Source: Gemmatimonadota bacterium
GTDB lineage: Bacteria; Gemmatimonadota; Gemmatimonadetes; Longimicrobiales; Gaopeijiaceae
Assembly: GCA_034521595.1 (NCBI GenBank)
Contig: JAXHMG010000003.1
Coordinates: forward strand, 1,408,001-1,472,000
Length of the DNA: 64,000 nucleotides
Reading direction: 5' to 3'
A program made the translations under genes and the position numbers. This document shows, in pieces, positions 39,869-48,933 of the stretch (position 1 is its first letter; each line of letters opens with the position of its first letter). The notes beneath the pieces are model-generated. The model had not been told where the DNA came from. It searched no databases and saw only the letters and a list, made by a program, of their open reading frames with translations.

Positions 39869-41287
39869 ATGAGCCACCCCGACCACCAGCAGGCACTCGA
39901 CCGCATCCGCGCGACCGTCGGCCCGAAGGGCGTGGTCGACGACGACGCCCGAGAGGGCTACCTCGTCGACGAACGACAGCTCTACCGGGGTGAGGCCGTG
40001 CTCATCGTGCGTCCCGGCACCACCGATGAAGTCTCCCGAGTCATGGCGATCTGCTACGAGGCGGGTCTGGGCATCGTGCCCCAGGGCGGCAACACCGGCT
40101 ACTGCGGCGGCGCCACGCCCGACGATGCCGAGGGCCAGGTCCTCCTTTCGCTGTCCCGGATGAACGCCGTGCGCGGCATCGACCCGGTCGGCTTCACGAT
40201 GACCGCGGAGGCGGGCGTGGTGCTCGCCCATGCCCAGGAGGCGGCGGCCGAGAAAGACCTCCTGTTCCCCCTCAGCATGGCCTCGGAGGGGAGCGCCGAG
40301 ATCGGAGGCGCGCTGGCCACGAACGCGGGCGGGCTGGCGGTGCTCCGCTACGGCACCGCCCGGGAGCTGTGTTTGGGCGTGGAAGTCGTGCTGCCCGACG
40401 GCCGCGTCATCCACGGGCTTTCGGGGCTGAGGAAGGACAGCACGGGATACGACCTGAAGTCGTTGTTCTGCGGCGCCGAAGGAACCCTCGGCATCATCAC
40501 GGCGGCGACGCTCAAGCTCTTCCCGCAGCCGAACGCTCGCCAGACCGCATGGCTGGCCGTGGCCGACGCCGCCGCGGCCTGCCGGCTTCTCGGCCGGGCC
40601 CGGCGGGAGAGCGGCGACAGCGTCACCTCCTTCGAGTACGTCATTCGGCCGTCTCTGGAGCTGGCCCTCGGGTACAGTGACAGCCTCACGGATCCGTTGG
40701 ACGACCCTCACGAGCACTACGTCCTGCTCGAGCTCTCCTCCGGCCAGAGCGAGGAGCAGCTCCGCGAGGTGAGCGAGGCGATCCTGATGAGCGGCATGGA
40801 GGAAGGTGAGATCCTCGACGGCGTGATCGCCGAATCGAGTCAGCAGCGCGGCCAGCTATGGCAGCTGCGCGAGACCATTCCCGAGTCCGAGAAGCACGAG
40901 GGTGGTTCGGTGAAGCACGATATCTCGGTGCCCATCGACCGGATCCCCGAGTACCTGGCGGCCGCGTCGGACCGACTGGCCGACATCGCTCGATGCCGGT
41001 ACTCCATCTACGGTCACATCGGCGACGGCAACCTGCACTACAACCTGCTGGCGCCGGCGGGTGAGGACCCCGAAGCCTTCAAGCGCGAGCACGGTCGGGC
41101 GCTGTCGGAGTGCCTGCACGACCTCGCCGCGGAGCTCGGCGGCAGCTTCAGCGCCGAGCACGGGGTCGGAAAGCTGAAGAAGGGCGAGCTCGCCCGCTTC
41201 AAGGATCCCGAATCGCTGGCGACGATGCGCGCCATCAAAGCCGCGCTCGACCCGAAAGGGCTCATGAACCCCGGCAAGGTCCTCTGA
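39869..41287 (+). CDS. FAD-linked D-2-hydroxyglutarate dehydrogenase-like oxidoreductase
   Basis: PQGGNTGYCGGA, TNAGG..VLRYG, LRKDSTGYDL, GAEGTLG, KHDISVP, GHIGDGNLH, SAEHGVG, NPGK; ATG 39869. Confidence 0.85.
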   Translation: MSHPDHQQALDRIRATVGPKGVVDDDAREGYLVDERQLYRGEAVLIVRPGTTDEVSRVMAICYEAGLGIVPQGGNTGYCGGATPDDAEGQVLLSLSRMNAVRGIDPVGFTMTAEAGVVLAHAQEAAAEKDLLFPLSMASEGSAEIGGALATNAGGLAVLRYGTARELCLGVEVVLPDGRVIHGLSGLRKDSTGYDLKSLFCGAEGTLGIITAATLKLFPQPNARQTAWLAVADAAAACRLLGRARRESGDSVTSFEYVIRPSLELALGYSDSLTDPLDDPHEHYVLLELSSGQSEEQLREVSEAILMSGMEEGEILDGVIAESSQQRGQLWQLRETIPESEKHEGGSVKHDISVPIDRIPEYLAAASDRLADIARCRYSIYGHIGDGNLHYNLLAPAGEDPEAFKREHGRALSECLHDLAAELGGSFSAEHGVGKLKKGELARFKDPESLATMRAIKAALDPKGLMNPGKVL

Positions 41288-41300
41288 CCCCGGGGCTTCA

Positions 41301-41402
41301 TCAGGGGATCAGCTCCACCACGTCTTCATCCCCGGGCACGAGCGATGCGATCGCTTGGTCGAACGTGGCCAGCCTACCGCCCCGGTCGAGGGACAGCGCC
41401 AA
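41301..41402 (-). pseudogene. 3' fragment of a split vapC toxin
   Basis: LALSLDRGGRLATFDQAIASLVPGDEDVVELIP*. Confidence 0.7.
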
Positions 41403-41555
41403 TATTCGACGATTGATCGTATCGCGGGCGCGTCCAGGGTCGCTGTATCCCACACGACTTCGAGATCCACGGCGAATTAATCATGCACGATCTTGTGCCT
41501 GAGACCGGTCACCTTTCTCCAGGGAAGCTCCGGATGTTGGTCCGTGAGCCCGCGT
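41403..41555 (-). pseudogene. HEPN (DUF86/HepT) toxin fragment
   Basis: HPELPWRKVTGLRHKIVHD*FAVDLEVVWDT with Rx4H motif and a premature TAA at 41477-41479. Confidence 0.8.
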
Positions 41556-41569
41556 CATCAAAGAGGTCG

Positions 41570-41633
41570 TGAGACGAGACACGCCGTGTTCTCGGCAGAT
41601 CTGTGCCAAGCGATCGGAGTCGAAGTCAACCAT
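41570..41633 (-). pseudogene. N-terminal fragment of a minimal nucleotidyltransferase (MntA-like) antitoxin
   Basis: MVDFDSDRLAQICREHGVSRL, truncated just before the expected FGS motif; directly upstream of the HEPN piece. Confidence 0.6.
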
Positions 41634-41690
41634 ACGGGAATTCTCTATCCAGAGCCCGTCAGGGCCAACCAAACCCTATCGATAGCCACG

Positions 41691-41845
41691 TCATAACCTT
41701 CAGATGTTTCCGACGTGGCCACCACCGGCCGGTCCGCGCGGGCCTGATCGAGAATACGCTGGACCCCGCTTCCGGGCCACAACACCTTCGGGCCATGTAG
41801 AGGGAGCGACCGCAGGGAGCGGACCCGGAACCATATTTGTTATGG
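41691..41845 (-). mobile_element. attC-like site (putative integron cassette recombination site)
   Basis: Imperfect palindrome, minus strand CCATAAC-AAATATGGTTCCG ... CGGAAACATCTGAAG-GTTATGA, lying between two TA modules. Confidence 0.45.
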
Positions 41846-41884
41846 GACGTGTGCCGCCGCGCGACCCAACAAGAACGGTCCCAA

Positions 41885-42109
41885 CTAACGTCGTTCTCCA
41901 CGGATGATCAGGACCTCACCCGGCTGCAATCTTTCGGACGCTGCCACGGCCTCGTCCAAGAGAGGCACGAGATCAATCACTCGGTTCGTGACAGCGGCCA
42001 GCACGACGACCCGAATCTCATGATCCTTCAGACTTTGCTGGTACTGGAGGTTCTGGTCAGCGGTGAGGAAGACATCAAATGATGCAGCCGCACGCCGGAG
42101 GACTCGCAC
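41885..42109 (-). pseudogene. DUF5615-family PIN toxin with internal deletion
   Basis: VRVL|RRAAASFDVFLTADQNLQYQQ; the expected LDEN...GW..NGEL segment is missing. Confidence 0.7.
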
Positions 42110-42317
42110 CCGCAACCAAAGCTTCCTGGGCGAGCCTGAGCACGCTCATGGCCTGCTCTCGGGAAACGGACGGAAAGTCCTCCAGAAACTCATCGAGCGT
42201 CTGCCCGGAGGCCAGATAATCGATCAGGTTCTGAACCGGGACCCGCGTCCCGGAGAATACCGTTGTGCCGCCAAGAATTTCGGGATCTTGGCTCAAGAGT
42301 TCTGGATTCGTCTGCAT
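42075..42317 (-). CDS. DUF433 antitoxin
   Basis: DPEILGG..VF.GTRVPV..L.DYL..G.TLDEFLEDFPSV; GGAGG RBS before ATG 42317. Confidence 0.85.
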   Translation of the reverse strand: MQTNPELLSQDPEILGGTTVFSGTRVPVQNLIDYLASGQTLDEFLEDFPSVSREQAMSVLRLAQEALVAGASPPACGCII

Positions 42318-42404
42318 CTCGACCACCTCCGTGTCTCTCAATCTACACCGGGACGGTCGGCCAGGCTCCCCGCTTCCTCATCCCAAAGGCACATGTCCCA
42401 TAAC

Positions 42405-42695
42405 TTCCGATAGCCGACCACGCGACCGAACGGACCGGGCCTCTCGGTGGCGGCGGACACCTCGTCCGTCCAGAAGGTGTGGCCGTTGATGGCTCGCAGA
42501 CGACGCAGCAACGTGATCGCCTCCTGCGGGCTTCGCGCGTCGGGAATCGCACGAGTGTTGCTGGATACGCGCACGAACCCCGACTCGGTCAGGGGTCAGG
42601 TCGCCCACCCCTGCCCGTGGACGGTACGGAACCAGTCGAGAGCGCGGGCATGATGGATGTGGTTGGGCCACGAGCACGTTGACGTCGAGCAGCCG
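42405..42695 (-). pseudogene. 5' fragment of a split vapC toxin
   Basis: LLDVNVLVA, frameshift, WPNHIHH..A..WF...WAT*PLTESGFVRVSSN...HTFW.D...VVGYR. Confidence 0.75.
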
Positions 42696-42699
42696 GAAC

Positions 42700-42820
42700 G
42701 TCCAGGTCGTGCTGAACGGATTCGGGACGCCGCAGGGCTTCACGCACGAGCGACGAGATCACGGACCCCATACGTTCGCCCCGTTCCCGCGCGAGGCTCC
42801 GGGTTGCGCTCCGCAGCATG
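42700..42820 (-). pseudogene. Degraded VapB (RHH-type) antitoxin
   Basis: ATRSLARERGERMGSVISSLVREALR upstream of the vapC 5' piece; N-terminus lost. Confidence 0.55.
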
Positions 42821-42911
42821 AAGCCGTAGTCGTGACAGGGTTGGAGTGGCCGGGCTGTGTGCCGGACACGTGGCCCGGCGGCGTGGAGTGCTACTCGATC
42901 CGCGAGGCCCC

Positions 42912-45575
42912 ATGAGTTCCTTTCCGCACCTCCGCACCATCGGCCGACCTTTCCCGTCGATCCTGTCGGCCGGTCTCCTCGTGACCCTTGCGTCCGCCTG
43001 CGGCGACAGCTCACCTAGCGAGCCGACGCCGCCCGGCGGTGAGCAGGTCGCGGCCGTGGAGGTCCAGCCCGGAGCGGACACGCTCTTCGCGCTCGACGAT
43101 ACGGTGACGCTGACCGCCGTGGCCCGGGACCAAGCCGGCGAAATCGTGTCCGACGCGGGCATCTCGTGGCGGTCCTCGGCCCCGAACGTCGTCGTCGTCG
43201 ACGGGAATGGGACGGCAACGGCCGTGGGCAACGGCGCCGCGGTGATCACGGCCTCCGCGGCGGATGCCGAGGGCACGGCGGACCTGGCGGTAGCCCAGCT
43301 CGCTTCGAGCGTGCAGGTGACCCCGACCAGCGCGGTCCTCACCACCGTCGGGGACACCGCCCGCTTGAGCGCGGAAGGACAGGACGAGAACGGCAACGAG
43401 CTAGCGGGGGCCGACGTCGTGTGGCAGTCGGAGAACCACGCGGTGGCCACCGTGAGCCCGAGCGGGCTGGTCACCGCCCGGGGGAGCGGCGAGGCCGTCA
43501 TCACCGCCACCGTCCAGGACGTGCCCGGGCTCGCCGATGTCACCGTCGACCGGACGGTCGGGGGGCTCCGGTTCATGGTCGCCCCCTCCGACGCCGTGGC
43601 CGGCGAGGCCATCGACCCGGCGGTCCAGGTGGAGGTGGTGGATACCGCCGGGAACCGAGTGGAGGACCTGGAGCTCGCCGTCACCCTGGGGCTCGCCAAC
43701 GCCCAGACGCCGGCGACGCTCGAAGGCACCCGGACCGTAGGGGCCACCGCCGGCGTGGCCTCGTTCAGTGGCCTCTCGGTGGACCGGGTCGGGACCCACA
43801 CGCTCCGGGCCGTGGCCGGCACGGACACGGCCACGAGCGCACCGTTCGACATCGAGCCGGCCGAGGCCGCCGCGCTGCGCTTCGGCGCCCTGCCCTCCAC
43901 GGGGACCGCCGGCGAGGTCCTGGCGCCGGCGGAAGTGCGGGTGGAGGACGACTTCGGCAACCTGGTTCCGACGGCGAGCCCGACGGTGTCCGTTCGTCTC
44001 GAGGACGCGGACACCACCGCGCTCTCCGGCACCACGGCCGTGACCGCCGAGAACGGGATCGCCACCTTCGACGACCTGTCCGTGACCGAGGCCGGCGAGC
44101 ACGCCCTTACCACCGCGGTCGACAACGATGACAATATGGCCAGCGCGACAGGAGGGCCGCTCGAGATCACACCGGCCGCAGCGCACGGGCTCGCGTTCCG
44201 GGTTCAGCCGGATGCCGTGGAGGGCCACGAGTTGATGGAGCCGGCGGTAGAGGTGGTGGTCCGGGACACCTTCGGGAATCGGGTGCCGTCCGCGGATGTC
44301 GACGTCACCATCGGCCTGGGCCAGAGCCCCTCTTCGGGCCCCGATCCCGGCCTCGGCGGCACGTTGACGGCGGCGACCACCGACGGCGTCGCCGTCTTCG
44401 ACGCCCTGCGCGTCGATCGGCCGTACGACGGCTACACGATGCTGGCGAGCGCGTCGGGCCTGGAGTCCGCGGAGAGCACCCCGTTCTCCGTGAATCTGAC
44501 CTTCACCGATGTGGCCGTCGGTGGATCCCATACCTGTGCCGTCACCCAAGGCGGCGAGATCTACTGCTGGGGCGACAACGACTCCGGTCAGCTCGGGACC
44601 TCCTCGGTCGACGCCACGGCCGTGCCCGTGCGCGTCGAGGCGAATCTCAACTTCGGGACCGTCACGGCCGGCCGGTCGCACACCTGCGCGACCCTCCGGG
44701 CTCTCACCGTCCAGACCCCGTACTGCTGGGGGTGGAACGAGTTCGGCCAGCTCGGCGTCGGAGACCGAGAGGACCGGGCCGTCCCCACGGCCGTGGACGG
44801 CCCCGCCATGACCCGGGTGTCCGCCGGAACCGACCATACCTGCGGCCTCAACAGCGACGGCGTGTACTGCTGGGGCTCCAACAGCACGGGTCAGCTCGGC
44901 CAGCCCGGCACGTTCGAGGCGTCGCAGGTCAGCCCACGCCAGACGATCGGCGGGGGATTCCAGGCCGTCGCCGGGGGCGACCTGCACAGCTGTGCGGTGG
45001 ACACCGACGGCACCGCGTACTGCTGGGGCCACAATGACGCGGGCCAATTGGGCGACGGCAGTCATACCACCGCGACCTCCCCGGTCACGGTGGACGACTC
45101 CGGGGGGGCGGTCGTGTTCGAGACCATCACGGCCGGCGTCACGCAGACGTGCGGCACGTTTCCGGGCGAGGACATCGTGTTCTGCTGGGGAGCCAACAAC
45201 GGCGGCCAGCTCGGGACGGGCGATATGACATCCTCGACGACGCCGAGGCTGACCGTCGGCCCCGACCTCGTCGCGGTCGACGCGGGCTCCGGCTATACCT
45301 GCGGGATCAGCAACGCCTCGGAGGCCATGTGCTGGGGCGCGAACGGTCCCTGGCTCGGCCTGGGCGAGTCCGCCTACGCTGCCAACGTCCTGTCCCCGAC
45401 GGCCGTGCCGGTGGACGGAACCTTCACGGCCATCGAAGCCTCGCACGCCGCCGGGACGCATACTTGTGCGTTGACGACGGACGGGACGGTCTACTGCTGG
45501 GGAACGGGGCGGGCCGGTGAGCTCGGGAACGGCTCGGCCACCGACCGCTACAGGCCCACGCCGGTAATCCAGTAA
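42912..45575 (+). CDS. Surface lipoprotein with Ig-like (Big) domains and an RCC1/BLIP-II beta-propeller
   Basis: Lipobox LASAC, repeated W.S....VA.V...G and D..GN motifs, repeated HTC...YCWG.N..GQLG; ATG 42912. Confidence 0.88.
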   Translation: MSSFPHLRTIGRPFPSILSAGLLVTLASACGDSSPSEPTPPGGEQVAAVEVQPGADTLFALDDTVTLTAVARDQAGEIVSDAGISWRSSAPNVVVVDGNGTATAVGNGAAVITASAADAEGTADLAVAQLASSVQVTPTSAVLTTVGDTARLSAEGQDENGNELAGADVVWQSENHAVATVSPSGLVTARGSGEAVITATVQDVPGLADVTVDRTVGGLRFMVAPSDAVAGEAIDPAVQVEVVDTAGNRVEDLELAVTLGLANAQTPATLEGTRTVGATAGVASFSGLSVDRVGTHTLRAVAGTDTATSAPFDIEPAEAAALRFGALPSTGTAGEVLAPAEVRVEDDFGNLVPTASPTVSVRLEDADTTALSGTTAVTAENGIATFDDLSVTEAGEHALTTAVDNDDNMASATGGPLEITPAAAHGLAFRVQPDAVEGHELMEPAVEVVVRDTFGNRVPSADVDVTIGLGQSPSSGPDPGLGGTLTAATTDGVAVFDALRVDRPYDGYTMLASASGLESAESTPFSVNLTFTDVAVGGSHTCAVTQGGEIYCWGDNDSGQLGTSSVDATAVPVRVEANLNFGTVTAGRSHTCATLRALTVQTPYCWGWNEFGQLGVGDREDRAVPTAVDGPAMTRVSAGTDHTCGLNSDGVYCWGSNSTGQLGQPGTFEASQVSPRQTIGGGFQAVAGGDLHSCAVDTDGTAYCWGHNDAGQLGDGSHTTATSPVTVDDSGGAVVFETITAGVTQTCGTFPGEDIVFCWGANNGGQLGTGDMTSSTTPRLTVGPDLVAVDAGSGYTCGISNASEAMCWGANGPWLGLGESAYAANVLSPTAVPVDGTFTAIEASHAAGTHTCALTTDGTVYCWGTGRAGELGNGSATDRYRPTPVIQ

Positions 45576-45607
45576 GCGGGCGGGCCGAAGCTACGCCTCT
45601 ACCCGCT

Positions 45608-47164
45608 TCAGGCGTCGTAGCTTCCCCAGACGTCACGCAACGCGTCACTGATCTCGCCGAGGGTCACGTGGGCCCGGACGGCAGCGATGATCGGGGGCAT
45701 GAGGTTCTCGTCGGTCCGGGCGACGGAACGAACGCGCTCGAGCGCGTCGCGCACGGTCGAGGCGTCCCGACGGCCCTTCAAAGCCGCGAGACGCTCGCGT
45801 TGCCCCTGCTCGAGAGCCGAGTAGTCGGGCTGTTCGATGCGGGCCTCCGGCTGGCCTTCCTCCGCGTGGTGGTTGAGGCCGACGATCTTCCGCCGCCCGG
45901 ACTCCACCTCCTGCTGGAACTGGTAGGCCGCACGGTGGATCTCGTCCTTCATGAACTCGATCGCGCGCGCGGCGCCTCCGAGCTCGTCGATGCGCTCCAG
46001 ATACTCCCGGGCGCGGCGCTCGACCTCGTCCGTCAGAGACTCGATGAAGTGCGACCCACCGAGCGGATCCGCCGTGCGCACGATCCCGGATTCGGAGGCC
46101 AGGATCTGCTGCGTGCGGAGCGCCAGCGTGGCGGATTCGGTCGTGGGGAGCGCGAGCGCCTCGTCGTATCCGTTCGTGTGGAGCGACTGGGTGCCTCCCA
46201 GCGTGGCGGCCAGCGCCTGGACGGTGACGCGCACGACGTTGTTCAGGGGCTGCTGCGCCGTGAGCGTGGAGCCACCGGTTTGCGTATGGAAGCGCAGCCG
46301 GCAGGCCCGGTCCGAGCCGCCGAAGCGCTCCCGCATGATGTCGGCCCACAGCCGGCGGGCCGCCCGGAACTTGGCCACTTCCTCGAAGAGGTCGTTGTGG
46401 GCCGCGAAGAAGAAGGAGAGGCGCGGCGCGAACGCCTCGAGGTCGAGCCCGGAGGCGAGCGCCCGCTCCACGTATTCGATGCCGTTGGCGAAGGTGAACG
46501 CGATCTCCTGCGGGGCGGTCGAGCCCGCTTCACGGATGTGGTATCCCGAGATCGAGATCGTATTCCACTTCGGGACCTCGGTGGAGCAGAAGGCCATGAT
46601 GTCCGAGACCAGCCGGAGGCTCTGCTCGACCGGGTAGATGTAGGTGCCCCTGGCGATGTACTCCTTGAGCACGTCGTTCTGGAGCGTGCCGGCGAGCTTC
46701 TCCCGCGGCACGCCCTGCTCGTCTCCGAGCGCGACATAGAACGCCAGCAGAATACCGGCCGTCGCGTTGATCGTCATCGACGTCGACACCTCGTCGAGAC
46801 GGATGCCGTGGAAGAGGCGCCGCATGTCCTCGATGGAATCGATCGCCACGCCGACGCGTCCGACTTCGCCGGAGGCCATCGACGCGTCGGAGTCGAAGCC
46901 CATCTGCGTCGGGAGGTCGAAGGCCACCGACAGCCCGGTCTGCCCCCGATCGAGCAGGTAGCGGAACCGCTCGTTGGTCTCCTCCGCCGTGCCGAAGCCC
47001 GCGTACTGCCGCATGGTCCAGACGCGTCCCCGGTACATGTCCGGGTAGATGCCGCGGGTGTACGGATGGGCGCCCGGCTCGCCGGTCGGGCCGTGCTCCG
47101 CGGGTCCGTAGACCGGCTCGACCGGGATGCCGCTGTCCGTCCGGTACTGCTCGTCCTCACTCAT
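45608..47164 (-). CDS. Methylmalonyl-CoA mutase, substrate-binding subunit (no B12 domain)
   Basis: [14 protein letters not shown] (Tyr specificity residue), [27 protein letters not shown] 47164. Confidence 0.92.
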   Translation of the reverse strand: MSEDEQYRTDSGIPVEPVYGPAEHGPTGEPGAHPYTRGIYPDMYRGRVWTMRQYAGFGTAEETNERFRYLLDRGQTGLSVAFDLPTQMGFDSDASMASGEVGRVGVAIDSIEDMRRLFHGIRLDEVSTSMTINATAGILLAFYVALGDEQGVPREKLAGTLQNDVLKEYIARGTYIYPVEQSLRLVSDIMAFCSTEVPKWNTISISGYHIREAGSTAPQEIAFTFANGIEYVERALASGLDLEAFAPRLSFFFAAHNDLFEEVAKFRAARRLWADIMRERFGGSDRACRLRFHTQTGGSTLTAQQPLNNVVRVTVQALAATLGGTQSLHTNGYDEALALPTTESATLALRTQQILASESGIVRTADPLGGSHFIESLTDEVERRAREYLERIDELGGAARAIEFMKDEIHRAAYQFQQEVESGRRKIVGLNHHAEEGQPEARIEQPDYSALEQGQRERLAALKGRRDASTVRDALERVRSVARTDENLMPPIIAAVRAHVTLGEISDALRDVWGSYDA

Positions 47165-47169
47165 GCCGT

Positions 47170-47688
47170 TCACTCGTCCTCGGCGTCGGGAGACAGAAAG
47201 TCGACCAGCACCTGGCCCTTCTCGACCGTGTCGCCGGCCGCCACGTGGACCGTGCCCACGACGCAGGGCACCTCGGCCTTGAGCTCGTTCTCCATCTTCA
47301 TGGCTTCCACGATGACGACGCCCTGGCCCGGTTGCACCTCGTCGCCTTCCGTGACCTCGACCTGCACCACCAAGCCGGGCATCGGCGCCGTGACGGGCTT
47401 GGGCCCCGAGGCGGCACCGATGGCGCCCGTGAGCTCGCGGATCGCGCGCGTGCGCTCGTCGACGACCTCGGCCTCGATGGGGTGGCCACTCACGTTCAGG
47501 CGCCACCCGCCCCGCCCTTCCGGGTGGGCGACGACACGGTACGAAGCGCCGTCCAGCCGGAGCCCCCGCACGGGCGTTCCACCGAGGGCGGCGAGCTCCG
47601 CGTCGACTTGCCGGCCGTCCACCTCGATGCCGTCGGCTCCGAACTCGACCTCGAAGGTCCGCCCCCCCACCGTCACATGGTACAGCAT
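47170..47688 (-). CDS. Biotin carboxyl carrier subunit
   Basis: [13 protein letters not shown]. Confidence 0.92.
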   Translation of the reverse strand: MLYHVTVGGRTFEVEFGADGIEVDGRQVDAELAALGGTPVRGLRLDGASYRVVAHPEGRGGWRLNVSGHPIEAEVVDERTRAIRELTGAIGAASGPKPVTAPMPGLVVQVEVTEGDEVQPGQGVVIVEAMKMENELKAEVPCVVGTVHVAAGDTVEKGQVLVDFLSPDAEDE

Positions 47689-48933
47689 TCAGCCACCCCT
47701 GCTCAGGTTCATCGTGACGACCGTCTCGACGTGGGCCGTCTGCGGAAAAAGGTCGAAGCACCGCACCCGCGCGACCTCGTAGGCGGACGCGAGGCCGGAG
47801 AGGTCGCGCGCCAGGGTGGCAGGATCGCAGCTCACGTAGACGAGCCTCCGAGGGCGAGTGTCCAGAACCGTCTCGACGACCGCGTCATCCACACCCGTTC
47901 GGGGCGGATTGAGGATCAGCGCGTCGGGCGCGGACAACTCCGGCAGGACGCGCTCGACCTTGCCCGTCCGTACGCGAAAGCCGGCCGGGGCATCGACCTC
48001 GGCCCTCTCCACGGCCTCGGGATCCATCTCGATCCCGATCACGTCGGCACCGCGCGCGGCGAGGGCGCGCCCGTACGGACCCACGCCGCAATACGCGTCG
48101 ACCACCGTCGCGGCCTCCCCCGCTTCTTCCATCACGTGCGCACGCAAAAGCTCCGCCGCTCCGCTGTTGACCTGCTCGAAGCCCGGCGAGGGCGACCCTT
48201 CGTCCGGCTCGTGAACGACGGAGGACAGCTCGGGCACGGCGTCCATGAGGGTCGCGGGCCGCCACGACGCGTCGCCCCCGGAGACGATCAGCCCCACGCC
48301 GCCGTCGTCGCGCACCCGGAGGGTCAGCCGCAAGCGCCCACCGTCCGGCAACGCCCGGGCACCGGGACCCCAACGCTGCCGGAGCTGTATCCAAGCGCGT
48401 TCGATCGGCTCCTCCGGAAGGACGCACTCGTCGTGGATCTCGACGACGTGCCCGGGGCGCTCCAGGCCGTGCAGCCCGGCCACCACCCGTCCCCCACGGA
48501 GGCGCCGGAGGGTGAACGACATGCGGTTCCGGTAGCGCACCGGCTCGGGCGAGGCGACGACCTCGGGCACGTCCACGCGCCCGAGCCCGCCGATGCGGTC
48601 GAACGCTTCGACCACCATGCTCCGCTTCCAGGCACGTTGCACGTCTTCGGGGAGGTGCTGGAGCTGACATCCCCCACACACGTCGTACCGGGTGCACAGA
48701 GGCTCGCGGCGGTCCGGCGAGGGCTCGAGCACCTCGAGCAAGGTCCCTTCCGCCCACCGCGGCTTCACGCGCGTCAGCCGGAGCCGAACCCGGTCACCCG
48801 GTGCCGTCCTCGGAACGAACACGGCACGTCCGTCCTCGAGCCGCCCGACGCCGGCCCCCCGGGACGAGATCCCGTGGACGTCGACCTCGGCGACGGTGCC
48901 CTTTTCCGGGGCGGCCGTGCTCAACGAGCCCAT
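47689..48933 (-). CDS. rlmD: TRAM-domain RNA m5U methyltransferase (RlmD/TrmA family)
   Basis: [11 protein letters not shown]-x5-[48 protein letters not shown]. Confidence 0.85.
   Translation of the reverse strand: MGSLSTAAPEKGTVAEVDVHGISSRGAGVGRLEDGRAVFVPRTAPGDRVRLRLTRVKPRWAEGTLLEVLEPSPDRREPLCTRYDVCGGCQLQHLPEDVQRAWKRSMVVEAFDRIGGLGRVDVPEVVASPEPVRYRNRMSFTLRRLRGGRVVAGLHGLERPGHVVEIHDECVLPEEPIERAWIQLRQRWGPGARALPDGGRLRLTLRVRDDGGVGLIVSGGDASWRPATLMDAVPELSSVVHEPDEGSPSPGFEQVNSGAAELLRAHVMEEAGEAATVVDAYCGVGPYGRALAARGADVIGIEMDPEAVERAEVDAPAGFRVRTGKVERVLPELSAPDALILNPPRTGVDDAVVETVLDTRPRRLVYVSCDPATLARDLSGLASAYEVARVRCFDLFPQTAHVETVVTMNLSRGG

Noticed and set aside
41826-41850. dif/pdif site based on TTATGGGAC
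   Set aside because: No convincing XerC arm at the 6-bp spacing; a cassette core-site reading fits better.
42596-42598. In-frame TGA at a usual Cys position of vapC (WAT*PLTE) as selenocysteine
   Set aside because: The gene is also frameshifted and split by an insertion, so a nonsense mutation is the simpler explanation.
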